A stretch of DNA of 64,000 bases from Actinomycetota bacterium (GTDB lineage: Bacteria; Actinomycetota; Actinomycetes; Actinomycetales; Microbacteriaceae): contig JBDLUM010000071.1 in the NCBI GenBank assembly GCA_039805305.1, positions 13,895 to 77,894 of the forward strand, given 5' to 3'. A program made the translations under genes and the position numbers. Within the stretch, counting starts at the first letter, position 1. Each line of letters begins with the position of its first letter. Below are positions 57,020-64,000 of the stretch, piece by piece. Below the pieces are notes generated by a model, which saw nothing but the letters and a program-made list of their open reading frames with translations, ran no database searches and was not told the origin of the DNA.

Positions 57020-57421
57020 ATGGGCTACGAAGTAGAGAAGACCGAAGAGCAGTGGCGCGAAGAACTGAGCGAGTTCGAATATCACGTCTTGCGTGAAGCC
57101 GGCACTGAGCGTGCCTACACGGGTGAGTTGCTCGAAGAAGGTCGCGTAGGCATCTACGCCTGCAAAGGATGCGGCACCGAGCTGTTTCGTTCAAATGCCA
57201 AGTTTGACTCACACTGCGGCTGGCCATCGTTCTACGAACCCCAGGCTGGCGATGCCGTTGAGCTAATCGAAGACCGCAGCCACGGCATGGTTCGCACCGA
57301 AGTGCGCTGCTCGAAGTGCGGCTGTCACCTCGGACACGTTTTCGAAGATGCACCCCAGACGCCAACTGGTGACCGCTTCTGCATCAACTCGGTCAGCATT
57401 ACCTTCACCAGCACCGAGTAG
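57020..57421 (+). CDS. msrB: peptide-methionine (R)-S-oxide reductase
   Basis: 133 aa. Two CxxC zinc pairs (CKGCG, CSKCG), GWPSF, and a catalytic RFCINS. Confidence 0.95.
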   Translation: MGYEVEKTEEQWREELSEFEYHVLREAGTERAYTGELLEEGRVGIYACKGCGTELFRSNAKFDSHCGWPSFYEPQAGDAVELIEDRSHGMVRTEVRCSKCGCHLGHVFEDAPQTPTGDRFCINSVSITFTSTE

Positions 57422-57437
57422 CACATAGACTGCCGTT

Positions 57438-57653
57438 ATGTCTGAAGAAAACAACACTAAATCTAAAAGCAACAACACCGTCAATGTGGCCACCGGTAGC
57501 GCCGGCGGTTTCTACTTCATCGGATTCATCGGTGCGGCTGTTTACTTCGTTTCCACTGCCGTTGATTTCTGGGATGGCGCACTAGGCCTGCTGCAGGCAG
57601 CGCTTTGGCCTGGATTCTTGGTTTACGAAGCTCTACTGCTTCTCGGCGCATAA
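57438..57653 (+). CDS. hypothetical small membrane protein
   Basis: 71 aa. A polar Asn/Ser/Lys-rich N-terminus followed by two hydrophobic helices. No family recognised. Confidence 0.45.
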   Translation: MSEENNTKSKSNNTVNVATGSAGGFYFIGFIGAAVYFVSTAVDFWDGALGLLQAALWPGFLVYEALLLLGA

Positions 57654-57689
57654 CCTCGGCCGCGAGGCCGTGGTCTTTATCGTTATCTG

Positions 57690-57762
57690 AGCCGACTATG
57701 GGACTCGAACCCACAACCCCCGCTTTACAAGAGCGGTGCGCTACCAATTGCGCCAAGTCGGC
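57690..57762 (-). tRNA. tRNA-Thr (anticodon UGU)
   Basis: Reverse complement is GCCGACTTGGCGCAATTGGTAGCGCACCGCTCTTGTAAAGCGGGGGTTGTGGGTTCGAGTCCCATAGTCGGCT. Anticodon loop CTTGTAA. CCA is not encoded. Confidence 0.92.
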
Positions 57763-57851
57763 AAGGCTCAAAGTTGTTCAAGCCAGAGTAAATCTTACCT
57801 GCTGGCGAGCATCCTAGTTCAGACGCCGGATGCACTGCCCCTGGCCATGGC

Positions 57852-58418
57852 CTAGAGCGGGTAGCACGCCTCGTCTATGTAGTCCCAGTACTCTTCGTCG
57901 ATGATGCAACCGTCTTCGTCTAGGTAGTCGCTGTCATCGGCTTCAAGTGGGGTGAATTCAATCACGAAGGTTGAGCTGGTCCAGGCTTTCTGGGTTCCAG
58001 ATTTTGCTGAACTGAAGCGGTAGACATAAACCCCGTCGGCCCAGAATGACTCTTCAAGATCTTCGTCGTAGTAGCTCGACCAAGGCTTAATTTTTGCCTT
58101 GCCAGTGCTCGTGCTTGTAGCCACCGCAGTAGCCCCGTTCTGCCACTTGCCATCAAAGAAGTACTGCAGTTGCACAGTGCGCTTGATTTTAGGCTGCGAT
58201 ACCTTCACCTCAAAAGCGCAGGCGTCTGACTCGTCTTCGGTGTAGTCGTAGATCAGGTAGCTCTTGTATCCGTCAAGGCAATTTGAACCGAGCCCGGTGA
58301 CCGTGAAAGTCTGGGCAGTCACCGCTTGAGCTTGGATGGTGCCACTAATCGTGCCACCTGCGAATGCAGCAAGCGTTGCCACAAGTGCAATCGCGATCCA
58401 ACGTAACTTAGCGAACAT
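57852..58418 (-). CDS. hypothetical secreted acidic protein with four cysteines
   Basis: 188 aa. Signal peptide (MFAKLRWIAIALVATLAAFAGG...AQA), a beta-rich middle region and a very acidic C-terminus. Cysteines lie at SNCLDG, SDACAF, EDGCII and DEACYPL. Confidence 0.6.
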   Translation of the reverse strand: MFAKLRWIAIALVATLAAFAGGTISGTIQAQAVTAQTFTVTGLGSNCLDGYKSYLIYDYTEDESDACAFEVKVSQPKIKRTVQLQYFFDGKWQNGATAVATSTSTGKAKIKPWSSYYDEDLEESFWADGVYVYRFSSAKSGTQKAWTSSTFVIEFTPLEADDSDYLDEDGCIIDEEYWDYIDEACYPL

Positions 58419-58460
58419 TGGTTCCCCCTCGGTTTGTTCTTACCTTTACTTGTCTAAAGA

Positions 58461-59297
58461 TTACTTCTGCGCCCAGACGCTGGTTACCCACTGCTCAAAG
58501 CGAGCTGGGTTTGCCATCTCTTCGGCTGATCCGCTGTAGCGCATGCCGTTCAAGACCACAAACGGGGTGCTGTCAACCACTAGGTCTTCGGTGCCTGGAA
58601 CTGGTGCGCCGAGAGTGTCACTGGTGGTGTCACCGATCCACTTGTCGAACGCCTTGTTCTTGATGCAGCTGCGAACCTTGTCTAGGTTCGTGACGCCAAC
58701 AGATTCGGCAAATGCGACCAGTTCGTTGTCTTCAGGGCCAGCAGTCGATTCTTGAGGCTGGTTTGCAAAGATTTTGTTGTTCATCGCCATGTACTGGTTC
58801 GGTGAGAACTCACCCACGCAAACAGCAGCATTGGCCGCACGCGATGAGAATTCGTTTGGCGAACCGCCACCATCCAAGAATGAAATCGGGTGGTACTCGA
58901 CGATCCATTCGCCGGCAGCAACCTTGCTCTCAATTAGAGGTGCGTTGAAGTTTTCAAAATTGGCGCAGAACGGGCACTGGTAGTCAACGTAAATCGAGAT
59001 AACAGGAACGTCTTCGGTGGTTGGCTTATTCGAAGCGGTAAAGGCCTCAAGGTTCTTTCCGATGCGAATACCGTTGTCGTAGGTCATGTTCGTCGGCTTT
59101 GCAATCTCGGTTGGCCCGGCGGTAACAATTGCCCAACCAATGAGGCCACCCAAAATGAGAATTGCAGTGACGATGCCGCCGGCGAAGCCAATCTGACGTG
59201 CCTTCTCTGCTTTCTTGTGCTGCTCACGAATTTCGCGAGCCTTCTCGCGCGCTGCGTCTCGCTGCTGTGAACGTGAAAGTTTGTCAGTTTTAGACAT
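58461..59297 (-). CDS. membrane-anchored DsbA-family thiol:disulfide oxidoreductase
   Basis: 278 aa. Basic N-terminus, one TM segment, and a thioredoxin fold with a CPFC active site (YVDYQCPFCANFE). Confidence 0.85.
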   Translation of the reverse strand: MSKTDKLSRSQQRDAAREKAREIREQHKKAEKARQIGFAGGIVTAILILGGLIGWAIVTAGPTEIAKPTNMTYDNGIRIGKNLEAFTASNKPTTEDVPVISIYVDYQCPFCANFENFNAPLIESKVAAGEWIVEYHPISFLDGGGSPNEFSSRAANAAVCVGEFSPNQYMAMNNKIFANQPQESTAGPEDNELVAFAESVGVTNLDKVRSCIKNKAFDKWIGDTTSDTLGAPVPGTEDLVVDSTPFVVLNGMRYSGSAEEMANPARFEQWVTSVWAQK

Positions 59298-59385
59298 TTA
59301 AAAGTCCTTGCGTGTTGGTCACAGTTGCGTGACGTTCGAAGAGTTTTAGTCTAAACCAGCGAGGGCAAATGCGATAATGAAAGTA

Positions 59386-59444
59386 CCTCAGACCGCCGGT
59401 TTGAGGGTTCCATCACTAAGGATCGTCCGGCTCGTACCTGCCGG
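59386..59444 (+). promoter_or_regulatory. structured 5' leader of the msiK-like gene (two hairpins just upstream of the Shine-Dalgarno)
   Basis: Hairpin 1 is CCTCAGACC-GCC-GGTTTGAGG (59386-59406; 9 bp including one G-U). Hairpin 2 is CCGGC-N8-GCCGG (59427-59444). They are followed by the Shine-Dalgarno GAGGAG and ATG at 59458. Confidence 0.35.
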
Positions 59445-59457
59445 TGAGGAGAAAATC

Positions 59458-60531
59458 ATGGCATCAGTGTCATTCAAGAAGGCAACTCGCCTTTACCCGG
59501 GCGGTACTCGCCCGGCCGTTGACCAAATCGAACTAGAAGTCGCCGACGGCGAATTCTTGGTTCTAGTTGGCCCATCGGGTTGTGGAAAGTCAACCACCCT
59601 GCGCATGCTTGCAGGACTTGAAGAGGTTAACGAAGGCGACATCTTTATCGGTGACCGCAACGTAACCGACGTTCCACCAAAAGACCGCGACATCGCAATG
59701 GTCTTCCAGAACTATGCTCTCTACCCACACATGACCGTGGCAGAGAACATGGGTTTCGCTCTCAAGATTGCCGGCGTAAGCAAAGAAGAACGTGCCGAGC
59801 GCGTTCTCGAAGCCGCCAAGCTTCTTGACCTAGAGCCATACCTTGCCCGCAAGCCAAAGGCCCTCTCTGGTGGTCAGCGTCAGCGTGTTGCCATGGGTCG
59901 TGCGATCGTTCGTAAGCCTCAGGTGTTCCTAATGGATGAGCCGCTATCAAACCTTGACGCCAAGCTTCGTGTTCAGACCCGCACCCAGATTGCCTCGCTA
60001 CAGCGTCGCCTTGGTGTAACCACCGTTTATGTGACCCACGACCAGGTCGAAGCTATGACCATGGGTGACCGCGTTGCAGTTCTTAAAGACGGTGTGCTAC
60101 AGCAGGTAGACACCCCTCGCAACCTTTACGAACGCCCAAAGAACGTGTTCGTAGCCGGCTTCATCGGCTCACCAGCCATGAACCTGCTACAGCTACCAAT
60201 CGTTGATGGTGGAGTTCGCTTCGGAAACACCGTACTACCGGTCGACCGCGCGATTCTTGCCAAGACCAAGGCTGCTGAAATCACCGTTGGTCTTCGCCCT
60301 GAAGACCTAGTGATCAGCAAGGCTGGTCTAGAGGTTGAGGTTGACGTCGTTGAAGAACTAGGCGCAGACGCTTACCTCTACACCCACGGCAACATTGGCA
60401 GCGGAGATGCAGAAATTGTTGCTCGCGTTGACAGTGTCAGCCACCCGAAGCCAGGCCAAAAGGTGCTTCTAGCACCTGAAGGTGGCGTGACCCACTTGTT
60501 CGACGTTGAGTCGGGCGCTCGCCTCAACTAG
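59458..60531 (+). CDS. sugar ABC transporter ATP-binding protein (MsiK/MalK/UgpC type), no adjacent permease genes
   Basis: The ATG at 59458 (MASVSFKKATRLYPGG) lies after GGTGAGGAG and within track ORF 59377..60531. Walker A GPSGCGKST, LSGGQRQR, FLMDEPLSNLD, and a C-terminal TOBE-like domain. Confidence 0.9.
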   Translation: MASVSFKKATRLYPGGTRPAVDQIELEVADGEFLVLVGPSGCGKSTTLRMLAGLEEVNEGDIFIGDRNVTDVPPKDRDIAMVFQNYALYPHMTVAENMGFALKIAGVSKEERAERVLEAAKLLDLEPYLARKPKALSGGQRQRVAMGRAIVRKPQVFLMDEPLSNLDAKLRVQTRTQIASLQRRLGVTTVYVTHDQVEAMTMGDRVAVLKDGVLQQVDTPRNLYERPKNVFVAGFIGSPAMNLLQLPIVDGGVRFGNTVLPVDRAILAKTKAAEITVGLRPEDLVISKAGLEVEVDVVEELGADAYLYTHGNIGSGDAEIVARVDSVSHPKPGQKVLLAPEGGVTHLFDVESGARLN

Positions 60532-60552
60532 TAGTTACCTAAGTAACCACTA

Positions 60553-61863
60553 GTGGCTTCAGCACTAAATATTACGGCTGCCACGGTAGACCCAGCGATG
60601 CTGGATCTACCGTGGCATTTGCCATTAGAGGCCTGGCCAGATGAAAACATCGCGGCGCTACCCAAAGGTCTATCTCGACACACCGTGCGTTTTGCCCACC
60701 TGAGCGGCCACGTAATCGCTATCAAAGAAACGCTCGCCGAGTTGGCCAAGCGCGAATACGACATGCTTCGCAACCTACAAAAACTTGATGTGCCATGCGT
60801 CGAACCATTCGCAATCATCACCAACCGAAGCGATGAATCTGGCGAAGAACTCCCCTCGGTTCTAATCACTCGCCACCTAAAGTTCTCGCTCCCCTATCGT
60901 GCAATGTGGTCGCAGGGCCTGCGCCCAGAAACCGCCACCCGCTTGGTTGATGCGCTAGCCCTGCTTTTAGTTCGCCTACACATTGCAGGTTTTTTCTGGG
61001 GCGACGTCTCACTCTCGAACACGCTTTTCAGGCGTGACGCCGGCTCGTTTGCCGCCTACCTGGTAGATGCCGAAACCGGCCACCTTTACGACTCGGGGCT
61101 CTCAAACGGTCAGCGCGAGAACGACCTAGAAATTGCCCGTGTGAACATCGCCGGCGAACTGATGGACCTTGTCGCCAGCGGAAACGCCGCTCCTGGGGTT
61201 GACCCAGTTGCGACATCCGAGCGAATCATGACGAAATACCGTGAGCTGTGGCAAGAACTAACCGGAGCCGAAACTTTTGCGGTCAAAGAAAAGTGGAAGA
61301 TCAACCGCCGAATCGAGCGATTGAACGACCTCGGATTCGACATCGATGAGATGACTATCAAGACCGATGAGAATGGCGCAATGGTCAAGATTCAACCGAA
61401 GGTTGTTGACGCGGGGCACCATGCTCGACGACTAATACGACTCACCGGTCTTGACGTTGAAGAGAACCAAGCTCGCCGACTGCTAAACGATCTCGACGAA
61501 TACCGACGCGACCACGCACGTGCCGGAGCTGACGAAGAGGTGTTGGCACACGAGTGGCTAAGCAACGTGTTCGAACCGGTGATTCTTGCCGTGCCGCGCG
61601 AAATGGCCGGCAGGCTTGAACCAGCTGAAGTTTTTCATCAGGTTCTAGAACACCGTTGGTATCTTTCTGAAAACGCCAACGAGGATGTTGCGCTGAGCTC
61701 GGCGGTTGATTCATACGTCAAAAACGTTTTGGCTCACCGACGTGACGAAGAAGCCCTAATCGGCGAAGCGACAGGTTCGATTACCTTACCGACGCCTGTT
61801 CCTTCTGGCACCATCACTGTTGCCGAAGACGACGAAGAAGCAGACTGGCGCGATTTGGTTTAG
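60553..61863 (+). CDS. DUF4032 domain protein (protein-kinase-like fold)
   Basis: 436 aa. The N-terminal half carries a kinase-like catalytic loop (FFWGDVSLSNTLF) and LVDAETG. The family call is from memory of actinobacterial DUF4032 proteins. Confidence 0.75.
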   Translation: MASALNITAATVDPAMLDLPWHLPLEAWPDENIAALPKGLSRHTVRFAHLSGHVIAIKETLAELAKREYDMLRNLQKLDVPCVEPFAIITNRSDESGEELPSVLITRHLKFSLPYRAMWSQGLRPETATRLVDALALLLVRLHIAGFFWGDVSLSNTLFRRDAGSFAAYLVDAETGHLYDSGLSNGQRENDLEIARVNIAGELMDLVASGNAAPGVDPVATSERIMTKYRELWQELTGAETFAVKEKWKINRRIERLNDLGFDIDEMTIKTDENGAMVKIQPKVVDAGHHARRLIRLTGLDVEENQARRLLNDLDEYRRDHARAGADEEVLAHEWLSNVFEPVILAVPREMAGRLEPAEVFHQVLEHRWYLSENANEDVALSSAVDSYVKNVLAHRRDEEALIGEATGSITLPTPVPSGTITVAEDDEEADWRDLV

Positions 61864-62891
61864 AACTTGCCTCGGCGCTTCGAAACCTCATACAAGGCAA
61901 CCGATGCAGCGATTCCCGCGTTCAAAGATTCGGTGTCGCTCGAAATCGGAATCGAGAGAATCGCGTCGCAGTTCTCTTGAACCAAACGGCTTAGACCCTT
62001 ACCTTCAGAACCGATGACCAAAATCAGCGGCTCGGTACCGAGATCAAACTTCGGCAACGAAAGTTCGCCGCCGCCGTCTAGACCAATCACAAAGAGTCCG
62101 CGCTTCTTGAACTCTTTTAGCGAGTTGTTGAGGTTCGCGGCGAGGGCTACCGGAATTCGAGCAGCGGCGCCGGCCGATGTTTTCCAGGCCGAGGCTGTCA
62201 CACCGGTTGAACGACGCTGAGGCACGATAACGCCCTGACCGCCAAAGGCTGCAACCGAGCGGATGATGGCACCGAGGTTGCGTGGGTCGGTGATGCCATC
62301 AAGTGCCACGAGTAGGGGTTTTTGCCCTCGCGAGATGATCTTGTCGAGCAGCTCCATCGGGTGCTGGTAGTTGTATGGCGGAACCGCCAGAGCGATACCC
62401 TGGTGAACCGAGTCAAAGCCGGTTAGTCGGTCGATTTCTGGGCGAGTAACTTCGCTGACGGGAATGCCGCGGTGGTTGGCCAGGGTAATGGCCTCTTTTA
62501 CTCGGTCGTCCATTTCGATGCGGTTTGCAATGTAGAGCGCCGTTGCAGGTACCTTGGCGCGCAAGGCCTCGACGACCGAGTTGCGGCCCGAAAGAACCTC
62601 GTTCGCGTCTACAGCCTTGGCTACACGCTGACCATTGCTGCGGCTTGCGCCGGCAGTACCAGCAGTTCTGGCGGTCGGCGCTAAAAACTCACCCTTGCGC
62701 CCAGTAGTTGCAGCGGCGCCAGTTGATGCACGTCGCGCAGCTGCGTTCTTATCGCGAAAAGCTTTGTGACCCTTGCGGTCTTCGGCCTTGGGAGTTGGGC
62801 CCTTGCCCTCTAGAGCTTGGCGACCGTTGCCGCCGGTGCCGACTCTGCCACCCTTTTTCTTCGATGCGCCTGGGCGCCCTGGCTTAGCCAT
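61860..62891 (-). CDS. rlmB: 23S rRNA (guanosine2251-2'-O)-methyltransferase RlmB (SpoU/TrmH family) with ~100-aa basic low-complexity N-terminal extension
   Basis: 343 aa. GRNSVVEAL substrate-binding domain and SpoU motifs (LDGITDPRNLGAIIRS, LVIGSEGKGLS). The start overlaps the cysS stop as ATGGCTAA. Confidence 0.88.
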   Translation of the reverse strand: MAKPGRPGASKKKGGRVGTGGNGRQALEGKGPTPKAEDRKGHKAFRDKNAAARRASTGAAATTGRKGEFLAPTARTAGTAGASRSNGQRVAKAVDANEVLSGRNSVVEALRAKVPATALYIANRIEMDDRVKEAITLANHRGIPVSEVTRPEIDRLTGFDSVHQGIALAVPPYNYQHPMELLDKIISRGQKPLLVALDGITDPRNLGAIIRSVAAFGGQGVIVPQRRSTGVTASAWKTSAGAAARIPVALAANLNNSLKEFKKRGLFVIGLDGGGELSLPKFDLGTEPLILVIGSEGKGLSRLVQENCDAILSIPISSDTESLNAGIAASVALYEVSKRRGKF

Positions 62892-64000
62892 TTAAACTCC
62901 ATGTCGTTTGAGTTGGTGTGTCTTCGATGGTGACACCCATCTGTTGCAATTCGTCTCTGATCTGATCTGCCAAAGCGAAGTCTTTACTGTCGCGAGCAAT
63001 GCGACGTTGTTCAATGAGTGAGCCTACCTGAGCAGCGAACTGTTCGTCGACCTCAGCAGCAGCGTCGACGGTTAGCCCCAACACTTCAAGCATGGCGAAT
63101 ACCGATGCAAGTTGGGCGGTTGGGTCTTCGCCGGCATCCAATGCCGCGTTGCCAGAACGAACGCTGTCGTGAAGGGCCGCCAGAGCCGCCGGCACACCAA
63201 AGTCGTTGTTCATGGCGTCTACGAATGTCTGTGGCAGAGCATCCGCGTTGAATTCTGGAGTAGCCGAAGACGCTGCCGACGCACGCTTTACGAAATTCTG
63301 GATGCGCGTCATAGCGCCGACCGCATCGGCAATGTTTTCTGGCGAATAGTCGAGGGTGGTTCGATAGTGCGCCGAGCCGAGCCAGTAGCGAATCGCGTTT
63401 GCGCTGCCCTGTTCGAAAAGTTCGGCCACGCTCACGCCATTACCAAGGCTCTTTGACATCTTCTGCCCACCAACTGTGACAAGGCCGTTGTGCATCCAAT
63501 AATTGGCGAAGTCAAAGCCGGCTGCGCGTGATTGAGCCAGTTCATTTTCGTGGTGTGGAAAACGCAAGTCGAGGCCGCCACCGTGAATGTCAAAAGTTTC
63601 GCCGAGAATCGCTCGGGTCATGGCAGAGCACTCGATGTGCCAACCTGGTCGACCTCTGCCCCAAGGCGAAGCCCACGCTGCCGATTCAGGCTCGTCTGCC
63701 TTAGCCGACTTCCAGAGCGCAAAGTCGTGGGGATGTTTGCGGCCATGCGATGCATCGGCCTCACCCTCGAGGTTTTCAAGCTTTTGGTTGGTGAGTTCAC
63801 CATAGGCCGGCCACGAACCAGCGTCGAAAAACACGTTGCCGCTCGCATCGGTAGCAGCGTAGGCATGGCCGCGGCTGATCAATAGCTCAATCAGTGCAAT
63901 CATGTCAGCGATGTGATCGGTGGCGTGCGGGCGCAACTCGACGCTCGCATTGATCGATTCGTACACCTCGTTGAAAACCGCTTCAACGTCTCTCGCAAGC
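62884..64000 (-). CDS. cysS: cysteine--tRNA ligase; N-terminus lies outside the window
   Basis: The reading frame is open to the right edge; the ATG at 63966 in the track is internal. GWHIECSAM zinc-site region, KMSKSLGN motif and a C-terminal DALR-like domain. Confidence 0.93.
   Translation of the reverse strand, partial: LARDVEAVFNEVYESINASVELRPHATDHIADMIALIELLISRGHAYAATDASGNVFFDAGSWPAYGELTNQKLENLEGEADASHGRKHPHDFALWKSAKADEPESAAWASPWGRGRPGWHIECSAMTRAILGETFDIHGGGLDLRFPHHENELAQSRAAGFDFANYWMHNGLVTVGGQKMSKSLGNGVSVAELFEQGSANAIRYWLGSAHYRTTLDYSPENIADAVGAMTRIQNFVKRASAASSATPEFNADALPQTFVDAMNNDFGVPAALAALHDSVRSGNAALDAGEDPTAQLASVFAMLEVLGLTVDAAAEVDEQFAAQVGSLIEQRRIARDSKDFALADQIRDELQQMGVTIEDTPTQTTWSLNG

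Noticed and set aside
59377-59457. The N-terminal extension of the msiK-like ORF (track start 59377, MKVPQTAGLRVPSLRIVRLVPAGEEKI).
   Set aside because: The extension covers the two leader hairpins and the Shine-Dalgarno GGTGAGGAG that precedes ATG 59458. The canonical ABC ATPase N-terminus (MASVSFKKATRLY) starts at that ATG.

Overview
This window is a densely packed core-chromosome segment of a streamlined, moderately high-GC actinobacterium. Gene content looks Microbacteriaceae-like, which is my inference. I support about 65 protein genes, 4 tRNAs, several intrinsic terminators and two CIRCE operators. Nearly every gene is housekeeping. Three blocks match, from memory, M. tuberculosis gene order. 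The first is Rv1080c-1086 (greA ... hemolysin III, Z-prenyl synthase). The second is Rv1002c-1026 (pmt, rsmI, metG, tatD, rsmA, ispE, glmU, prs, rplY, pth, mfd, mazG, eno, ftsB-like, DUF501). The third is Rv0861c-0871 (XPB helicase and partner, csp, DUF3027). I saw no CRISPR array, transposase, integrase, prophage, or recognisable multi-gene defence or biosynthetic island, so I cannot honestly name a new multi-gene system here. The items most worth a second look are listed below.
- A 76-nt class-I tRNA carries a UAA (Leu-codon) anticodon (6673-6748).
- A 1216-aa Upf1-like helicase/endonuclease-like protein has both ATPase motifs substituted (38980-42630).
- A separately terminated unit with a strong Shine-Dalgarno and a 32-codon ORF sits in the largest non-coding gap (43284-43595).
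- A Lys/Ala-rich histone-like protein is built on 36-bp tandem repeats (36030-36713).
- An orphan WXG100 gene has no type VII secretion genes nearby (53812-54099).
- Two structured 5' leaders lie upstream of a C40 peptidase and of an msiK-like ATPase.

All calls come from reading the sequence and the ORF track by eye. No searches were run.
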